Below, in pieces: positions 10,795-20,626 of a DNA stretch of 64,000 nucleotides. Each line of letters begins with the position of its first letter. Positions within the stretch are counted from its first letter, which is position 1. Made by a program: the position numbers and the translations under genes. The DNA comes from Nitrososphaeria archaeon. GTDB taxonomy: Archaea > Thermoproteota > Nitrososphaeria > JACIWG01. The notes under the pieces are model-generated. The model was not told where the DNA came from. It ran no database searches and saw nothing but the letters and a program-made list of their open reading frames with translations. Location: positions 23,628 through 87,627 of the forward strand of contig CAVXDT010000005.1 of NCBI GenBank assembly GCA_963760525.1, given 5' to 3'.

Positions 10795-12189
10795 TTACAT
10801 GTATTTCTTTCTGGCTTCATCTAGCCAAGGATAGAGTTTTCTGAGTTTTTTCATTGATTCTTCAACTTTTTCTGCAGGATATTCATATGGAAGTAACTTG
10901 CCATTCATGTAATCATCGTAAGCTTGCATGTCGAAATAGCCATGGCCACATAGCAGAAAGAGAATGACCTTTTCTTCCCCTGTTTTTTTGCACTTCAAGG
11001 CCTCATCAATGGCTCCTTTGATGGCATGGGCTGGTTCCGGAGCAGGTATTATACCCTCAGTCTGAATGAACAGTTTGGCTGCATCGAAGACTTCTATTTG
11101 GTTATATGCTTTTGTTTCTAGTTTCTTCTCTGAAGCGAGGTTGCTTATAGTAGGAGCTATTCCATGGTAGCGTAGACCTCCTGCATGAATGGGGGCTGGT
11201 ATGAAATCATGTCCTATGGTGTGCATCGGAACTAAGGGAGTTAGCCTTGCCGTGTCACCATGATCAAAAGTGTATTCTCCTTTCGTGACCTTCGGGCACG
11301 CTGTCGCTTCGACCGCTATAAAACGAACGTCTTTCGGCGCCTTTCCAGTAATTTTATCGTAATAGAATGGCCAGATGAGGCCAGAAAAGCTGCTGCCTCC
11401 ACCTATGCATCCATATATCACGTCTGGGTAATCGCCTGCAATTTTTAGTTGCTCTTTGGCCTCCAATCCGATTACAGTCTGATGCAGAAGAACATGATTG
11501 AAAACGCTGCCTATTCCATATTTGGTTCCTTCGTGGGTTAAAGCATCTTCGACAGCTTCGCTTATGGCTATTCCCAAGCTGCCAGAGCTGTTAGGGTCTT
11601 CTTTTAAGATCGCTCTGCCACTCTCGGTTTGCTTGCTGGGGCTTGCATAGACTTCTGCGCCATAGGCCTCCATCATTATCCTCCTGTAAGGTTTTTGTTG
11701 ATAGCTGGCATTGACCATATAGACCGTGCATTTGATTCCAAATAACATGCACGCAAACGCTAAGGCGGATCCCCATTGGCCCGCCCCTGTTTCAGTGGCC
11801 ATATGTTCTGTGCCTTCCTTCATGTTATAGTAAGCTTGAGCAACTGCAGTGTTCGGTTTGTGGCTTCCCGGAGGGCTGACTCCTTCATACTTGTAGTAGA
11901 TTTTGGCTGGAGTCTTCAATGCCTTCTCTAAACCAACAGCTCTATAGAGGGGGGTAGGTCTCCAAAGTCTGTAGATATCCCTTACTTCTTCTGGAATGTT
12001 TATCCATCTTTCAGTGCTCATTTCTTGAGCTAGAATCTGCTTTGGGAATATTTTAGGGACGATTCCAGGTCCAGGTTCTCTCGTCTTCGGGTCTATTGTT
12101 GGAGGGAGCGGTTTAGGCAAATCCGGTAATATACAATACCACTGTTTTGGTATCTTTTCCTCATCTAACACTATTTTCCTATTGGTCAT
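10795..12189 (-). CDS. trpB2: TrpB2-type tryptophan synthase beta-like PLP enzyme
   Basis: 464 aa. The long N-terminus [19 protein letters not shown] is typical of TrpB2. Also GSHKPNTA (PLP lysine region) and GGGSSFSG. Confidence 0.9.
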   Translation of the reverse strand: MTNRKIVLDEEKIPKQWYCILPDLPKPLPPTIDPKTREPGPGIVPKIFPKQILAQEMSTERWINIPEEVRDIYRLWRPTPLYRAVGLEKALKTPAKIYYKYEGVSPPGSHKPNTAVAQAYYNMKEGTEHMATETGAGQWGSALAFACMLFGIKCTVYMVNASYQQKPYRRIMMEAYGAEVYASPSKQTESGRAILKEDPNSSGSLGIAISEAVEDALTHEGTKYGIGSVFNHVLLHQTVIGLEAKEQLKIAGDYPDVIYGCIGGGSSFSGLIWPFYYDKITGKAPKDVRFIAVEATACPKVTKGEYTFDHGDTARLTPLVPMHTIGHDFIPAPIHAGGLRYHGIAPTISNLASEKKLETKAYNQIEVFDAAKLFIQTEGIIPAPEPAHAIKGAIDEALKCKKTGEEKVILFLLCGHGYFDMQAYDDYMNGKLLPYEYPAEKVEESMKKLRKLYPWLDEARKKYM

Positions 12190-12390
12190 GATTGATTTCT
12201 CCTATGTACCAATATGTGCTTGAAAGCTATTTTATAATCTTTTATGCACATATGTGTACACAAAGTCTGCTAGTGATCATAACAAATTGGTCTTTTCGGT
12301 TCTTTAGCCATCTTCCCACCTGTACATTTTTTTCTTTTTTTCGTAACTCATCTAGACTACAGTTGAAACATATTCCATTATGGCAGCATA

Positions 12391-12723
12391 TTATTTCACC
12401 GCATTTTGGGCACCGCCATTTTCCTCTTGCGCCTCCAGAAAGCTCATTACTCCATTATTTTTAATAAATTCAAGGTTATTAATCGGGCTCATCCTGAAAA
12501 AAGTTTGATATCTCCTGTCAATACGTTTTAGCCTTTCACAGGGAAAGTCTTTACATTCGTAGCAAAACTTCACTTTATTGTTCAGAAGCAATTCGCATCT
12601 CTTTTTGAGAAAGGCACATTTCTTATCTCTAGGTCGGCAGCCTTCGCAGTAAGGCATCCTAATTCCCTTACTCTTCACATCGTTCTTTAAGGCAAGGTAT
12701 CCGCTACAAATAGCACAATTCAT
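12391..12723 (-). CDS. cysteine-rich small protein (DUF3795-like?)
   Basis: 110 aa with CAICSGY, CEGCRPRDKKC and CYECKDFPCERL motifs. The open frame continues upstream without an ATG, so the start is uncertain. Confidence 0.5.
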   Translation of the reverse strand: MNCAICSGYLALKNDVKSKGIRMPYCEGCRPRDKKCAFLKKRCELLLNNKVKFCYECKDFPCERLKRIDRRYQTFFRMSPINNLEFIKNNGVMSFLEAQEENGGAQNAVK

Positions 12724-13020
12724 CCCGCATGGTGCTATAAGCTCAGGCGCGAATTTTTCTTTTGCACAGATATTCCATAATCGAACGATATCTTAAACTG
12801 TTTTGTTTACACCAAGCTTGAGAATAGTGTATGGTCTACTTTAGACATTCAATCACATGACGACTTTCTCAAGAAGGAGAAACGCATAGAAATCAGCTTT
12901 GCACATACTGTTTCAAAAAACGGAGGGAGTACCTAACAGAATTGACTAATCCTCGATTCAATTTAGCGATTAATTTAGCGCTCAAAACCTTAAGTAGTCA
13001 TCTTTCGTAAAAATCAGATA

Positions 13021-13899
13021 ATGTCTGATTCTCTAAAATTACTGGTAGAATCCAAGGCTGAACTTGGTGAAGGGCCAAGCTGGGATAGGGGGAGCAAGGT
13101 GCTTTATTGGGTGAATATATTAGGAGGCGACGTCCACATGTACCAACCCGATAATGGCGTTGATACAATCATCCACGTAGGTGGCTATGTCAGCTCTGTC
13201 GTTCCAAATAAGTCAGGTACTGTTGTGATTACCCTTCAACATGGATTCTACGCGTTGGACCTAAAGACTAAAGCTATCGCATGCTTAAGCGAAGTTGAAA
13301 AAGACATTTCTGGCAACAGGTTCAACGACGGGAAATGTGATGCTCGTGGGAGATTCTGGGCTGGAACCATGAGTATGAAGGAGTCTGAACCGACCGGATC
13401 GCTCTACGTCTTAGCGAATGATCATTCTGTGAACGAGGTGCTTTCTGGCATAACCATTTCGAATGGGCTCGGCTGGAGTCCGGACAACAGGATCATGTAC
13501 TATATCGATACGCCAATGCGTAAGGTTACAGCCTTCGACTTCGATCTTAAGACTGGCAAAATCAGCAATGGAAGGACAGCAGTGGACTTCCTTAACCAAG
13601 AGGGGAGTCCGGATGGGATGGCAGTCGATAGGGAGGGTATGATATGGGTTGCGCACTGGGCAGGCTCAAAGGTGTCAAGATGGAACCCATCGACTGGCAA
13701 ACTGTTGGATCAGATAGCTCTTCCTGCAAAGAATGTGTCCTCATGCTGTTTTGGAGGGAAAAACCTCGACGAACTGTACATAACGACCGCTAGAGCTGGG
13801 ATGGACCAGAAAGCTCTGTCAGAATGGCCTGAGTCGGGCGATTTATTCAGAGCGAAGGTCGATGTAGGAGGGTTGCCAACTTACTCCTTTAATGGATAA
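13021..13899 (+). CDS. SMP-30/gluconolactonase/LRE family protein
   Basis: 292 aa. Motifs: ELGEGPSWD, LYWVNILGG, NDGKCDARGRFWAGTM, SNGLGWSPD, PDGMAVD. Confidence 0.9.
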   Translation: MSDSLKLLVESKAELGEGPSWDRGSKVLYWVNILGGDVHMYQPDNGVDTIIHVGGYVSSVVPNKSGTVVITLQHGFYALDLKTKAIACLSEVEKDISGNRFNDGKCDARGRFWAGTMSMKESEPTGSLYVLANDHSVNEVLSGITISNGLGWSPDNRIMYYIDTPMRKVTAFDFDLKTGKISNGRTAVDFLNQEGSPDGMAVDREGMIWVAHWAGSKVSRWNPSTGKLLDQIALPAKNVSSCCFGGKNLDELYITTARAGMDQKALSEWPESGDLFRAKVDVGGLPTYSFNG

Positions 13900-13948
13900 A
13901 GTCCTAACAAATTTTGAAGTGAAATTGGTGAAGCCTAATTGTATTCAT

Positions 13949-14353
13949 TCATTGTGCTTTTGATGACACATATTCTTCGCTCTTGAAAAGTGGGCTTGAA
14001 ATTATGTAATCGGCTGTCGCCCTATTGCAAGCGGTTGGAATATTATATACTACGGCTACTCTCAGCAATGCTTTGACATCTACATCGTGAGGTGTCGCCT
14101 CCAAGGGGTCCCAGAAGAAGATCAGATAATCCAATTTTCCGTCAGCGATTAAGGCTCCAATCTCCATGTCCCCGCCTAGCGGGCCATGTTTGAGGATGGT
14201 GATTTCTAATCCTGTTCTTTCCGTTATCATGTTTCCAGTGTTGCCTGTCGCGTACAGGTTATGCTGGGATAACGTCCCCTTGTTGAATTCAACCCATTCT
14301 ACCATATCCTTCTTAGTATTGTCGTGGGCTACTAATGCGATTGTCTTTTTCAA
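13949..14353 (-). CDS. mgsA: methylglyoxal synthase
   Basis: 134 aa. Motifs: IALVAHDNTKKDMVEW, LYATGNTG, GPLGGDMEIGALI, FFWDPLEATPHDVDVKALLR. Confidence 0.9.
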   Translation of the reverse strand: MKKTIALVAHDNTKKDMVEWVEFNKGTLSQHNLYATGNTGNMITERTGLEITILKHGPLGGDMEIGALIADGKLDYLIFFWDPLEATPHDVDVKALLRVAVVYNIPTACNRATADYIISSPLFKSEEYVSSKAQ

Positions 14354-14573
14354 ATCATGAGCGACGATAAAATCGGATGGTCATAAACCTTTCCATAGAG
14401 ACAAATAGTAAAAAGGGTCTTCCCATGTATGCTAATTTCCGAAGATGATTACTGACTGTTTATACACAAGAAATGAATGAAGAAGGGGAAACTTGAAAGA
14501 TGGTGAGAAGAAGGGCGCTCAGTGATCATACCCATATCGTATTCCTTGAATTTCATTGAAGATGCTCAGCAAG

Positions 14574-15395
14574 CTAGAGTGAATGAGTTAGGAAGTCCGT
14601 CCTGCCACCGTCGACGGTCAATACTTGGCCAGTGATGAAGCTAGCCTCATCCGAAGCAAGGAACAAAACGCAGTGCGCTATGTCTTCAGGCTTTCCTTCA
14701 CGCTTCAACATCGTCTTAGCTTCGAAGTATCGGCGGCGTTCCTCGACTTCATCGGGGCTGTGCCCCACAATGGTCATATCGGTCACGATATGACCCGGGG
14801 CTATGGCATTCACGTTTATGCCATACGAACCCAGCTCTAGGGCTAAACGTTTTGTGAGTGATATTACAGCTGCCTTTGTTGGGGCGTAGAGAGTTGTACC
14901 TGAGATAGCTGTCCCCAAAGCTGCCACTGAGGATATGTTCACAATCTTACCATAGTGTTTGCTCATCATGTGAGGGGTGACAGCCTGAGAACAGAACAGG
15001 ATACCCTTAACGTTCGTGTCAACCATGGCGTCCAAATCCTCTTCTCTAAGATCAAGGAAAGGTACACCGCCTTTCACTATGCCCGCGTTGTTCACCAGGA
15101 TGTCGACTCCACCGAAACGCTTCACAGTTTCGTCCACCATCCTCTGCACTGCCTTTCGATCAGCGACGTCAGCTTGGAAGGAAAAAGCCTCTCCCCCTCC
15201 CATTCTGATTGAGTCAACGACTTCCTCAGCCTCTTTGCTCATTAAACGATAGTTTACAACGACCTTCGCACCTTCACGACCAAGAGTTATCGCTGTAGCC
15301 TTCCCTATGCCGCGAGAACCTCCAGTTACTATGGCGCGCATGTCTTCTACCCTACCGCGTGTGCTTCTTCCACCCTTTGATTTCCCTTCTGCCAT
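14574..15395 (-). CDS. SDR family oxidoreductase (FabG-like)
   Basis: TGGSRGIG cofactor motif, NNAG, and a YAPTKAA YxxxK catalytic motif. Confidence 0.9.
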   Translation of the reverse strand: MAEGKSKGGRSTRGRVEDMRAIVTGGSRGIGKATAITLGREGAKVVVNYRLMSKEAEEVVDSIRMGGGEAFSFQADVADRKAVQRMVDETVKRFGGVDILVNNAGIVKGGVPFLDLREEDLDAMVDTNVKGILFCSQAVTPHMMSKHYGKIVNISSVAALGTAISGTTLYAPTKAAVISLTKRLALELGSYGINVNAIAPGHIVTDMTIVGHSPDEVEERRRYFEAKTMLKREGKPEDIAHCVLFLASDEASFITGQVLTVDGGRTDFLTHSL

Positions 15396-15493
15396 GATGT
15401 GCTTGTGCTACAGTTTGACTTATAAAGGCTACTTGGTTAAACATTCGGAAATACTAAAACTTATAAACTTGAAATCGACGTTCTTAATGCAGT

Positions 15494-16121
15494 ATGAGCT
15501 TAGCGAGCAAATTACGAAAGCTTTTCGAGAAAAGATATGTTGGTCCCCGTGAGTCATTTGATCATGTTCACATAGGTCTTCTCATTTATTGGCTGGGCGA
15601 AAATTCACCTAAGAGTAGGTCTGAAATTTCCGATTTTCTTGGATTGGGTGAAGGCTCTACTAGGACGATGCTCAGGAGGCTGAAGGAGAAAGATATGATT
15701 TGCATTACCAAGGATGGAGTCCGCCTAAGCGACAATGGCTTCCTCTTCTTCTCCAAGCTCAGGAATACTTTTCCTGCAATTGAGGAAGGCTCATTCGGCA
15801 CGCTCTCTTTAGGCAAATACAGTGTTATTGTTCGAGTCAATAAAGGAAAAGAAAAAGTATCGCGTGGGATCGAACAAAGAGATGAATCGATAAGGTACGG
15901 TGCCAAGGGAACTATAACATTGGTGTATGAAAACAGTCACTTCATGTTTCCGGGAGTCGAAGAAGAGGGCTGCGAACCCTTACATCCTCGAGAGACTTGG
16001 GATAAGATTCGCCACCTTAACCAGTCCCAAGAATGGCGATATCATAATAATTTGTAGTGCTGAAAGCGCTCAGAGTGCATATTTGGGATGTTTTTCAGCT
16101 GCTTTGACATTGAATCTGTGA
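15494..16121 (+). CDS. archaeal winged-helix protein (DUF4443-like?), frameshift near 16040
   Basis: N-terminal wHTH (SRSEISDFLGLGEGSTRTMLRRLKEKDMI). The C-terminal part continues in another frame (GDIIIICSAESAQSAYLGCFSAALTL). Confidence 0.45.
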
Positions 16122-16162
16122 ATCTCTTAACCCTGATCTGAGACGCTCAACTAAATCGTGTT

Positions 16163-16184
16163 GTTTTGTTTTGTTTTGTTTTTT
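16163..16184. repeat. (GTTTT)x4 microsatellite in an intergenic region
   Basis: gttttgttttgttttgtttttt read directly from the sequence. Confidence 0.9.
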
Positions 16185-16234
16185 AAGTTGAAGATGCGTA
16201 ATACTTATTTAGTTGGCTGGATAATCCAACCAAG

Positions 16235-16753
16235 ATGAAGGATAAGATTAGGAAAATCGCACTAGTATCCGTTTTAACAGCTACAGCTGTAGCCTCAAGA
16301 ATAATTCTAGCACCTTTACCTAACATCAAACCAGTAGGCTTCTTATGTCTGTTCGCTGGCATACTAGGAGGCCCAATTGTCGGCTTCCTGGTCGGCTCGC
16401 TAACGATGGTTGTGACTGACGTCATGTTTTTTGGGGCAGGCTGGTGGACCTTTGCGACCTCTTTTTCAATGGGGATTGTGGGTTTTCTTGGCTACGTGTT
16501 TGTCAGATGTCGTTGTGGCTTCTCAAGGTTCAACCTTTTTGTCTTCACCTTTTTTTCAATACTTTTTTACGACATCTTTACTTCTATAGCATCGGCTTTC
16601 ATGTTTGGTAATACCTCGGTTGTCGCCTCACTTGTGATGCTCTTTTTTCCTACGCCACTTCCCTTTGGTCCAGCTCATGAAATTGCAAACGCTCTCTTTG
16701 CATCGTTGATCATACCGGAAGTCTATCCAAGAGTGAGGCGGACCTGGGTTTGA
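16235..16753 (+). CDS. small polytopic membrane protein, ECF-transporter S-component-like
   Basis: 172 aa with 5-6 TM helices. Its stop overlaps the start of the DUF4430-like gene. Confidence 0.55.
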   Translation: MKDKIRKIALVSVLTATAVASRIILAPLPNIKPVGFLCLFAGILGGPIVGFLVGSLTMVVTDVMFFGAGWWTFATSFSMGIVGFLGYVFVRCRCGFSRFNLFVFTFFSILFYDIFTSIASAFMFGNTSVVASLVMLFFPTPLPFGPAHEIANALFASLIIPEVYPRVRRTWV

Positions 16754-17196
16754 ACTGGCTGAAGATTGTCATTTTGTTTTTGATTTTTTCAAGCAGTCTT
16801 TCTGCTTCTCTAGCCAGCTACTACTACGTCAGAAGCCAAAATTTGGAGGAGGAAGTCGATTACTTGCGGTCTAATGCAGCGAATTCATCAAAGAACGTCA
16901 CTGTTATCGTAGTCGTAAATTTCTACAATGGTACTGTTTTTGCAAAATCGGTCAATTTTGACTTGGGCAATGAATTCTCGGCTTTCAATGCTACACAACG
17001 TGTTTTTGAAGGAGCCATAGACTACAAGTACTATCCGGAGTACAAAGATTTCATTATTTCCCGTTTCTTTGATGTATCAAATGACAAGTCACATTTCTGG
17101 TCGTTATATATCAACAATATCCCTTCGAGTTCAGGTGCACTTCAGACCATTCTTTCTGCCAACGATGTTGTGGAATGGAGATATCAAGGATTTTAG
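16750..17196 (+). CDS. membrane-anchored DUF4430-like (transcobalamin beta-domain-like) protein
   Basis: N-terminal TM helix. The C-terminus HFWSLYINNIPSSSGALQTILSANDVVEWRY matches the yW.y.vNg...l.dGD.v.w.y signature I recall for DUF4430. Confidence 0.6.
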   Translation: MNWLKIVILFLIFSSSLSASLASYYYVRSQNLEEEVDYLRSNAANSSKNVTVIVVVNFYNGTVFAKSVNFDLGNEFSAFNATQRVFEGAIDYKYYPEYKDFIISRFFDVSNDKSHFWSLYINNIPSSSGALQTILSANDVVEWRYQGF

Positions 17197-17410
17197 TCAA
17201 ATTTGCTCTAGATAAGAGTTTAAGCTTTACGCCTTTTCAAGACCGCAACACCGTCGCTTGAAACCGTAGACCCTGTCGAAGTCTAGGGTGAAAGTAGTTC
17301 GATACTATAATGCTATTAAGGGTCGGCATACACCGAAATTGAATACTAGGTATCATTTATCCTATAATCTTTAAATATCTCGTTCACTATTTTTCTCAAG
17401 TTAGGATAAA

Positions 17411-17995
17411 ATGTCTTTGAAAAAGATCGCTCCAATCTCCATTTTGGTAATAATCATTATTGCCTTGGTCGGGTTTGTTGGTTATCTATATGGCGAGAAT
17501 ACAGCGATTAAAGGGCAAACAACCACTATATCATATACTACAACCGCGACTTCGACAGCCACGCTTACTGCAACTGCAACAACTACGACCACTTCAATAT
17601 CTACTATTATACAGTCTCAGACTTGCACGACGACGATTTCTTTCACACAAACCTACACTTATATACCTGAGAATTTCGAAATAACAGATTCCTTTGTCAC
17701 TAGGAATTCTGGCGATTACACTATTACTATTGGATACAAGAACACTGGCTTCACCGAGATTTTCATAACAGAAATTCTTATTGGCGATGAGCCTCTGAAC
17801 ACTTTCTGGAGTGCGTCTGTGGTTAACGGGAGCTACTTTAGCTCCATAATAGTAAAAATGGGCACATCTGGTGTGATTTTAGTCACTTTTCCTGATAAAG
17901 GTGACGCGAAGGCGTTTGTTTCCGGGCAGGTAATTGAAATTAAAATCAGAGCTCCTTCTGAGACGTATTATGTTGGATCCTTTTCGATACCTTGA
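17411..17995 (+). CDS. N-terminally anchored Thr-rich surface protein (pilin-like N-terminus?)
   Basis: The N-terminus is MSLKKIAPISILVIIIIALVGFVGY, a basic segment followed by a hydrophobic helix. A T-rich linker (TTTISYTTTATSTATLTATATTTTT) follows, then a beta-rich domain of about 110 aa. Confidence 0.6.
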   Translation: MSLKKIAPISILVIIIIALVGFVGYLYGENTAIKGQTTTISYTTTATSTATLTATATTTTTSISTIIQSQTCTTTISFTQTYTYIPENFEITDSFVTRNSGDYTITIGYKNTGFTEIFITEILIGDEPLNTFWSASVVNGSYFSSIIVKMGTSGVILVTFPDKGDAKAFVSGQVIEIKIRAPSETYYVGSFSIP

Positions 17996-18217
17996 TATCG
18001 ACAATTTAAATACGCAGGAATGACTGGACGAACCTTATAATTGTTGGCAATCTTCAATCATAGCAGACTCGAAATATTGAAATATTCACAATTGACTGAC
18101 ATGTTCTAGCGCTTCTTATACAAAAGATTGATTCTACTTCGTATTCTATGTTTAAGCTGGATTAGAATTTCTTTTCAGAAAAAACCTTAAATGCAGCCCC
18201 ATGCTTTATGAAAGAAT

Positions 18218-19441
18218 ATGAAATTAGAGGACGCATGTGTTCTAATCGTGATCGTTGCATTAATATCATGTCAGATAATCCCTTTTATCCCGAGAGCATT
18301 TGCTCAGACTTCGTATACTTTAACCGGAAAGGTTCTGTATCATGAAAAACCCATTTCTGATTTTACAGAAAAACTTCCTTCTTTTTGGGCAAGGAACGAA
18401 AGCTCCGGTGAAGTGGTTTCGTTGACTTTCCATTATGACCCTTTAACATCAGAATATTCTGTGTACGACATTCTTCCGGGGCAATATGGCATCAACGTAT
18501 ATATTGATGCAGCAGAATCTTCTGGAGGTTATGCAGGAGACTTTGACGGCTGGATAACGCCAATAGATATTCCACAGGACCAGCCAGTAGTTAACATTAA
18601 CTTGGAAGTGCAGAAGATCGTTCACCTTGTAAATCCGATAGATAACGCAAAGGTTTTGGGTTCAATGTCTGATCTGGATTCTTATCTCCAAAAAGGAATA
18701 GTGTTCAGATGGGATCCTATCCCAGAAGCAGTATTGTACACATTGAAAATAGAAGAAATAGAGGAACCATATCAATTTATCAAAGATGTAGTCAGCATTC
18801 AGACAAACATGACAGAATGGAAACCAGAGCTACCATTATCAGAGGACAACAGATTCGACCTTTTTACGCTATACGCATACGATACAGCTCAAAAGTACGT
18901 AGGGAAGCTCATGATAGTATACTCGAACGGCTACACCTGGGACTACCGTTTTAGGATAGTAGAAAGCATCAGCACAACTACAACTGCAACCCCGACTTCG
19001 ACTTCTACTGCAACTGCAACTACAACTACAACTCCGACTTCTACTACTATCGCAACAACTACTGCTCCAAGTACCACGACTACTACAAAGCCTACAACTA
19101 CGACAACGTCGACAGCTACTGCTTCGACAACGTCTTCAAGGCCAACACAGACTTTGAATTCGACAACATATCCTACTACTACTTCCACGACTTCCCCCCC
19201 TATAACTCAGACTACACATTCCACTACATCCTCGACATCGCACCCTATGACAACCGATAAACCCTCATCAACTTCCACTAGTCCTTCCACTACTCTTACT
19301 TCAACTTCGACTTCAACTTCCACAACATCCGCTCAGCCTACAAAAGGACCGGACCTCCTAGTTGTTGTAGTGTCAATAGTAGCAATAATCATAGCAGTCA
19401 TGATTCTATCTTTCATTTTGGCGAGAAAGAAGGCGAAGTGA
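18218..19441 (+). CDS. secreted surface protein with Thr/Ser/Pro-rich stalk and C-terminal TM anchor
   Basis: Signal peptide ending AFAQT, a globular part of about 240 aa, a T/S/P stalk of about 130 aa, then LLVVVVSIVAIIIAVMILSFILARKKAK. Confidence 0.7.
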   Translation: MKLEDACVLIVIVALISCQIIPFIPRAFAQTSYTLTGKVLYHEKPISDFTEKLPSFWARNESSGEVVSLTFHYDPLTSEYSVYDILPGQYGINVYIDAAESSGGYAGDFDGWITPIDIPQDQPVVNINLEVQKIVHLVNPIDNAKVLGSMSDLDSYLQKGIVFRWDPIPEAVLYTLKIEEIEEPYQFIKDVVSIQTNMTEWKPELPLSEDNRFDLFTLYAYDTAQKYVGKLMIVYSNGYTWDYRFRIVESISTTTTATPTSTSTATATTTTTPTSTTIATTTAPSTTTTTKPTTTTTSTATASTTSSRPTQTLNSTTYPTTTSTTSPPITQTTHSTTSSTSHPMTTDKPSSTSTSPSTTLTSTSTSTSTTSAQPTKGPDLLVVVVSIVAIIIAVMILSFILARKKAK

Positions 19442-19599
19442 TGACTTCAGTTTCAATTGTTGATATCCATAGATCGGTAGTGGCTCGTATCATTGAAGAC
19501 CTTGCTATGCTCACACGTCTTAACTGCCTTTACAATCCTGCAGTCTCCAGATTCTTTTATGTAATTTCAACTACAAAAAATAGGAAGATAGATGACTAG

Positions 19600-20052
19600 C
19601 TACTCTTGAACAACTATTTTCCCGTCCATTATGCCTGGATGAACCGCACAGGCGTACGTATAGTTCCCCCCTGTACTGAACGTGACTGTGAAGTTTGCGG
19701 TTTGGCCAGGGGTTATTGTAGATGTCGAAGCACTAGGGATTTCTTTTATATACAAACTATGTGGCATCGAACCACTCTCTTGGTTGATAATTATGAACTT
19801 AACAGTCTGACCTACCTTCAAGTGGATTGTCGGATTTGTAGCGTTGAATCTGGTATCCTTAGCAATAAGAGTAATGGTTGTTGTTGCAGTTGTGCTAGTG
19901 GTTGTGGATGATGTGGTCGTTGTGGTTGATGTGGTTGTGCTGGAGGTTGTGGTTGTTGTGTTGGGTGGCATGAAGTAAAGCACGTAGATACTTGCTGCTG
20001 TGACAACTATGACGACGACAGCGATAATGGCATAAAACGCTTGCTTCTGCAT
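19600..20052 (-). CDS. membrane-anchored cupredoxin (plastocyanin/azurin-like blue copper protein)
   Basis: N-terminal TM helix, T-rich linker, then type-1 Cu ligands: H in MPHSLY and C-x2-H-x4-M in YACAVHPGIM. Confidence 0.85.
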   Translation of the reverse strand: MQKQAFYAIIAVVVIVVTAASIYVLYFMPPNTTTTTSSTTTSTTTTTSSTTTSTTATTTITLIAKDTRFNATNPTIHLKVGQTVKFIIINQESGSMPHSLYIKEIPSASTSTITPGQTANFTVTFSTGGNYTYACAVHPGIMDGKIVVQE

Positions 20053-20103
20053 ATTTTTTCCCTCTACAGAGCTACAAACGCATAGGTATTCTAATCTCCT
20101 ATG

Positions 20104-20496
20104 TTAGCTTTTTGGTGACAGAAAGTGTAACGCAAATAGGTGTCCTTGGTAGGCTATTGGCACAACCGTCAAAGCTGAGTCCACTTTTGTCCCTGATTTT
20201 TTCTTCCATTCGACTCTTATGGTTGATCCTATCATCTTTGTCATGGCATTGTTGTATGCGTTTACTAGAGCTTCTTGGCTTTTCTCGTCCACCAAATCTA
20301 GTGGGTGCTTCTTAGATGCTGCTATCTCCTCTATCGATTTATACTCTAAGAGGGACAGGAACTTCTTGTTTGATATCCAATGGTTATCGTCAAGGTAGAG
20401 GTACATTGGCTGCTCTGATGAATCAAAGATCGTCTTCAACTGATCATACAATCCGCTCACCAATTTCTCATGATGCTCGCGTTCTACATTACTCAA
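20104..20496 (-). CDS. hypothetical cytoplasmic protein (PAS-like fold?)
   Basis: 130 aa ORF with normal composition, directly upstream of the cupredoxin on the same strand. Confidence 0.45.
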   Translation of the reverse strand: MSNVEREHHEKLVSGLYDQLKTIFDSSEQPMYLYLDDNHWISNKKFLSLLEYKSIEEIAASKKHPLDLVDEKSQEALVNAYNNAMTKMIGSTIRVEWKKKSGTKVDSALTVVPIAYQGHLFALHFLSPKS

Positions 20497-20626
20497 TTTT
20501 TATCATCTCCGAAGAAAAGAAACTCGTCTCGCTAGTTAAGTATTTCCCGAACTTATTCGGGATGTCTTCTAGCGGTCTTCTTATTTCAGCGGGATGATGG
20601 CAGCCATCTTTTACCTATGAGAGATG

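Noticed and set aside
17225-17300. tRNA-like or structured RNA (hairpin ACCCTG...TAGGGT) in an intergenic region; I also scanned the other intergenic regions I read for T-loop GGTTCGAATCC-type motifs
   Set aside because: There is only one short stem, no cloverleaf arms and no T-loop consensus. I could not support any tRNA gene in the window.
18943-19188. Antisense ORFs rich in Val/Gly (also 17460-17684, 19818-20006, 19606-19911, 24274-24507) overlapping the Thr-rich stalk genes
   Set aside because: They are shadows of ACN/ACA codon runs on the coding strand. Their composition is extreme, and the sense-strand proteins have signal peptides, anchors and recognisable domains.
19438-19500. C/D-box sRNA candidates (GTGATGA at 19438; TATGATGG...CTGA at 62424-62455)
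   Set aside because: The first candidate has no CTGA D box at the right distance. Neither has internal C'/D' boxes or terminal pairing. Only single degenerate boxes are present.
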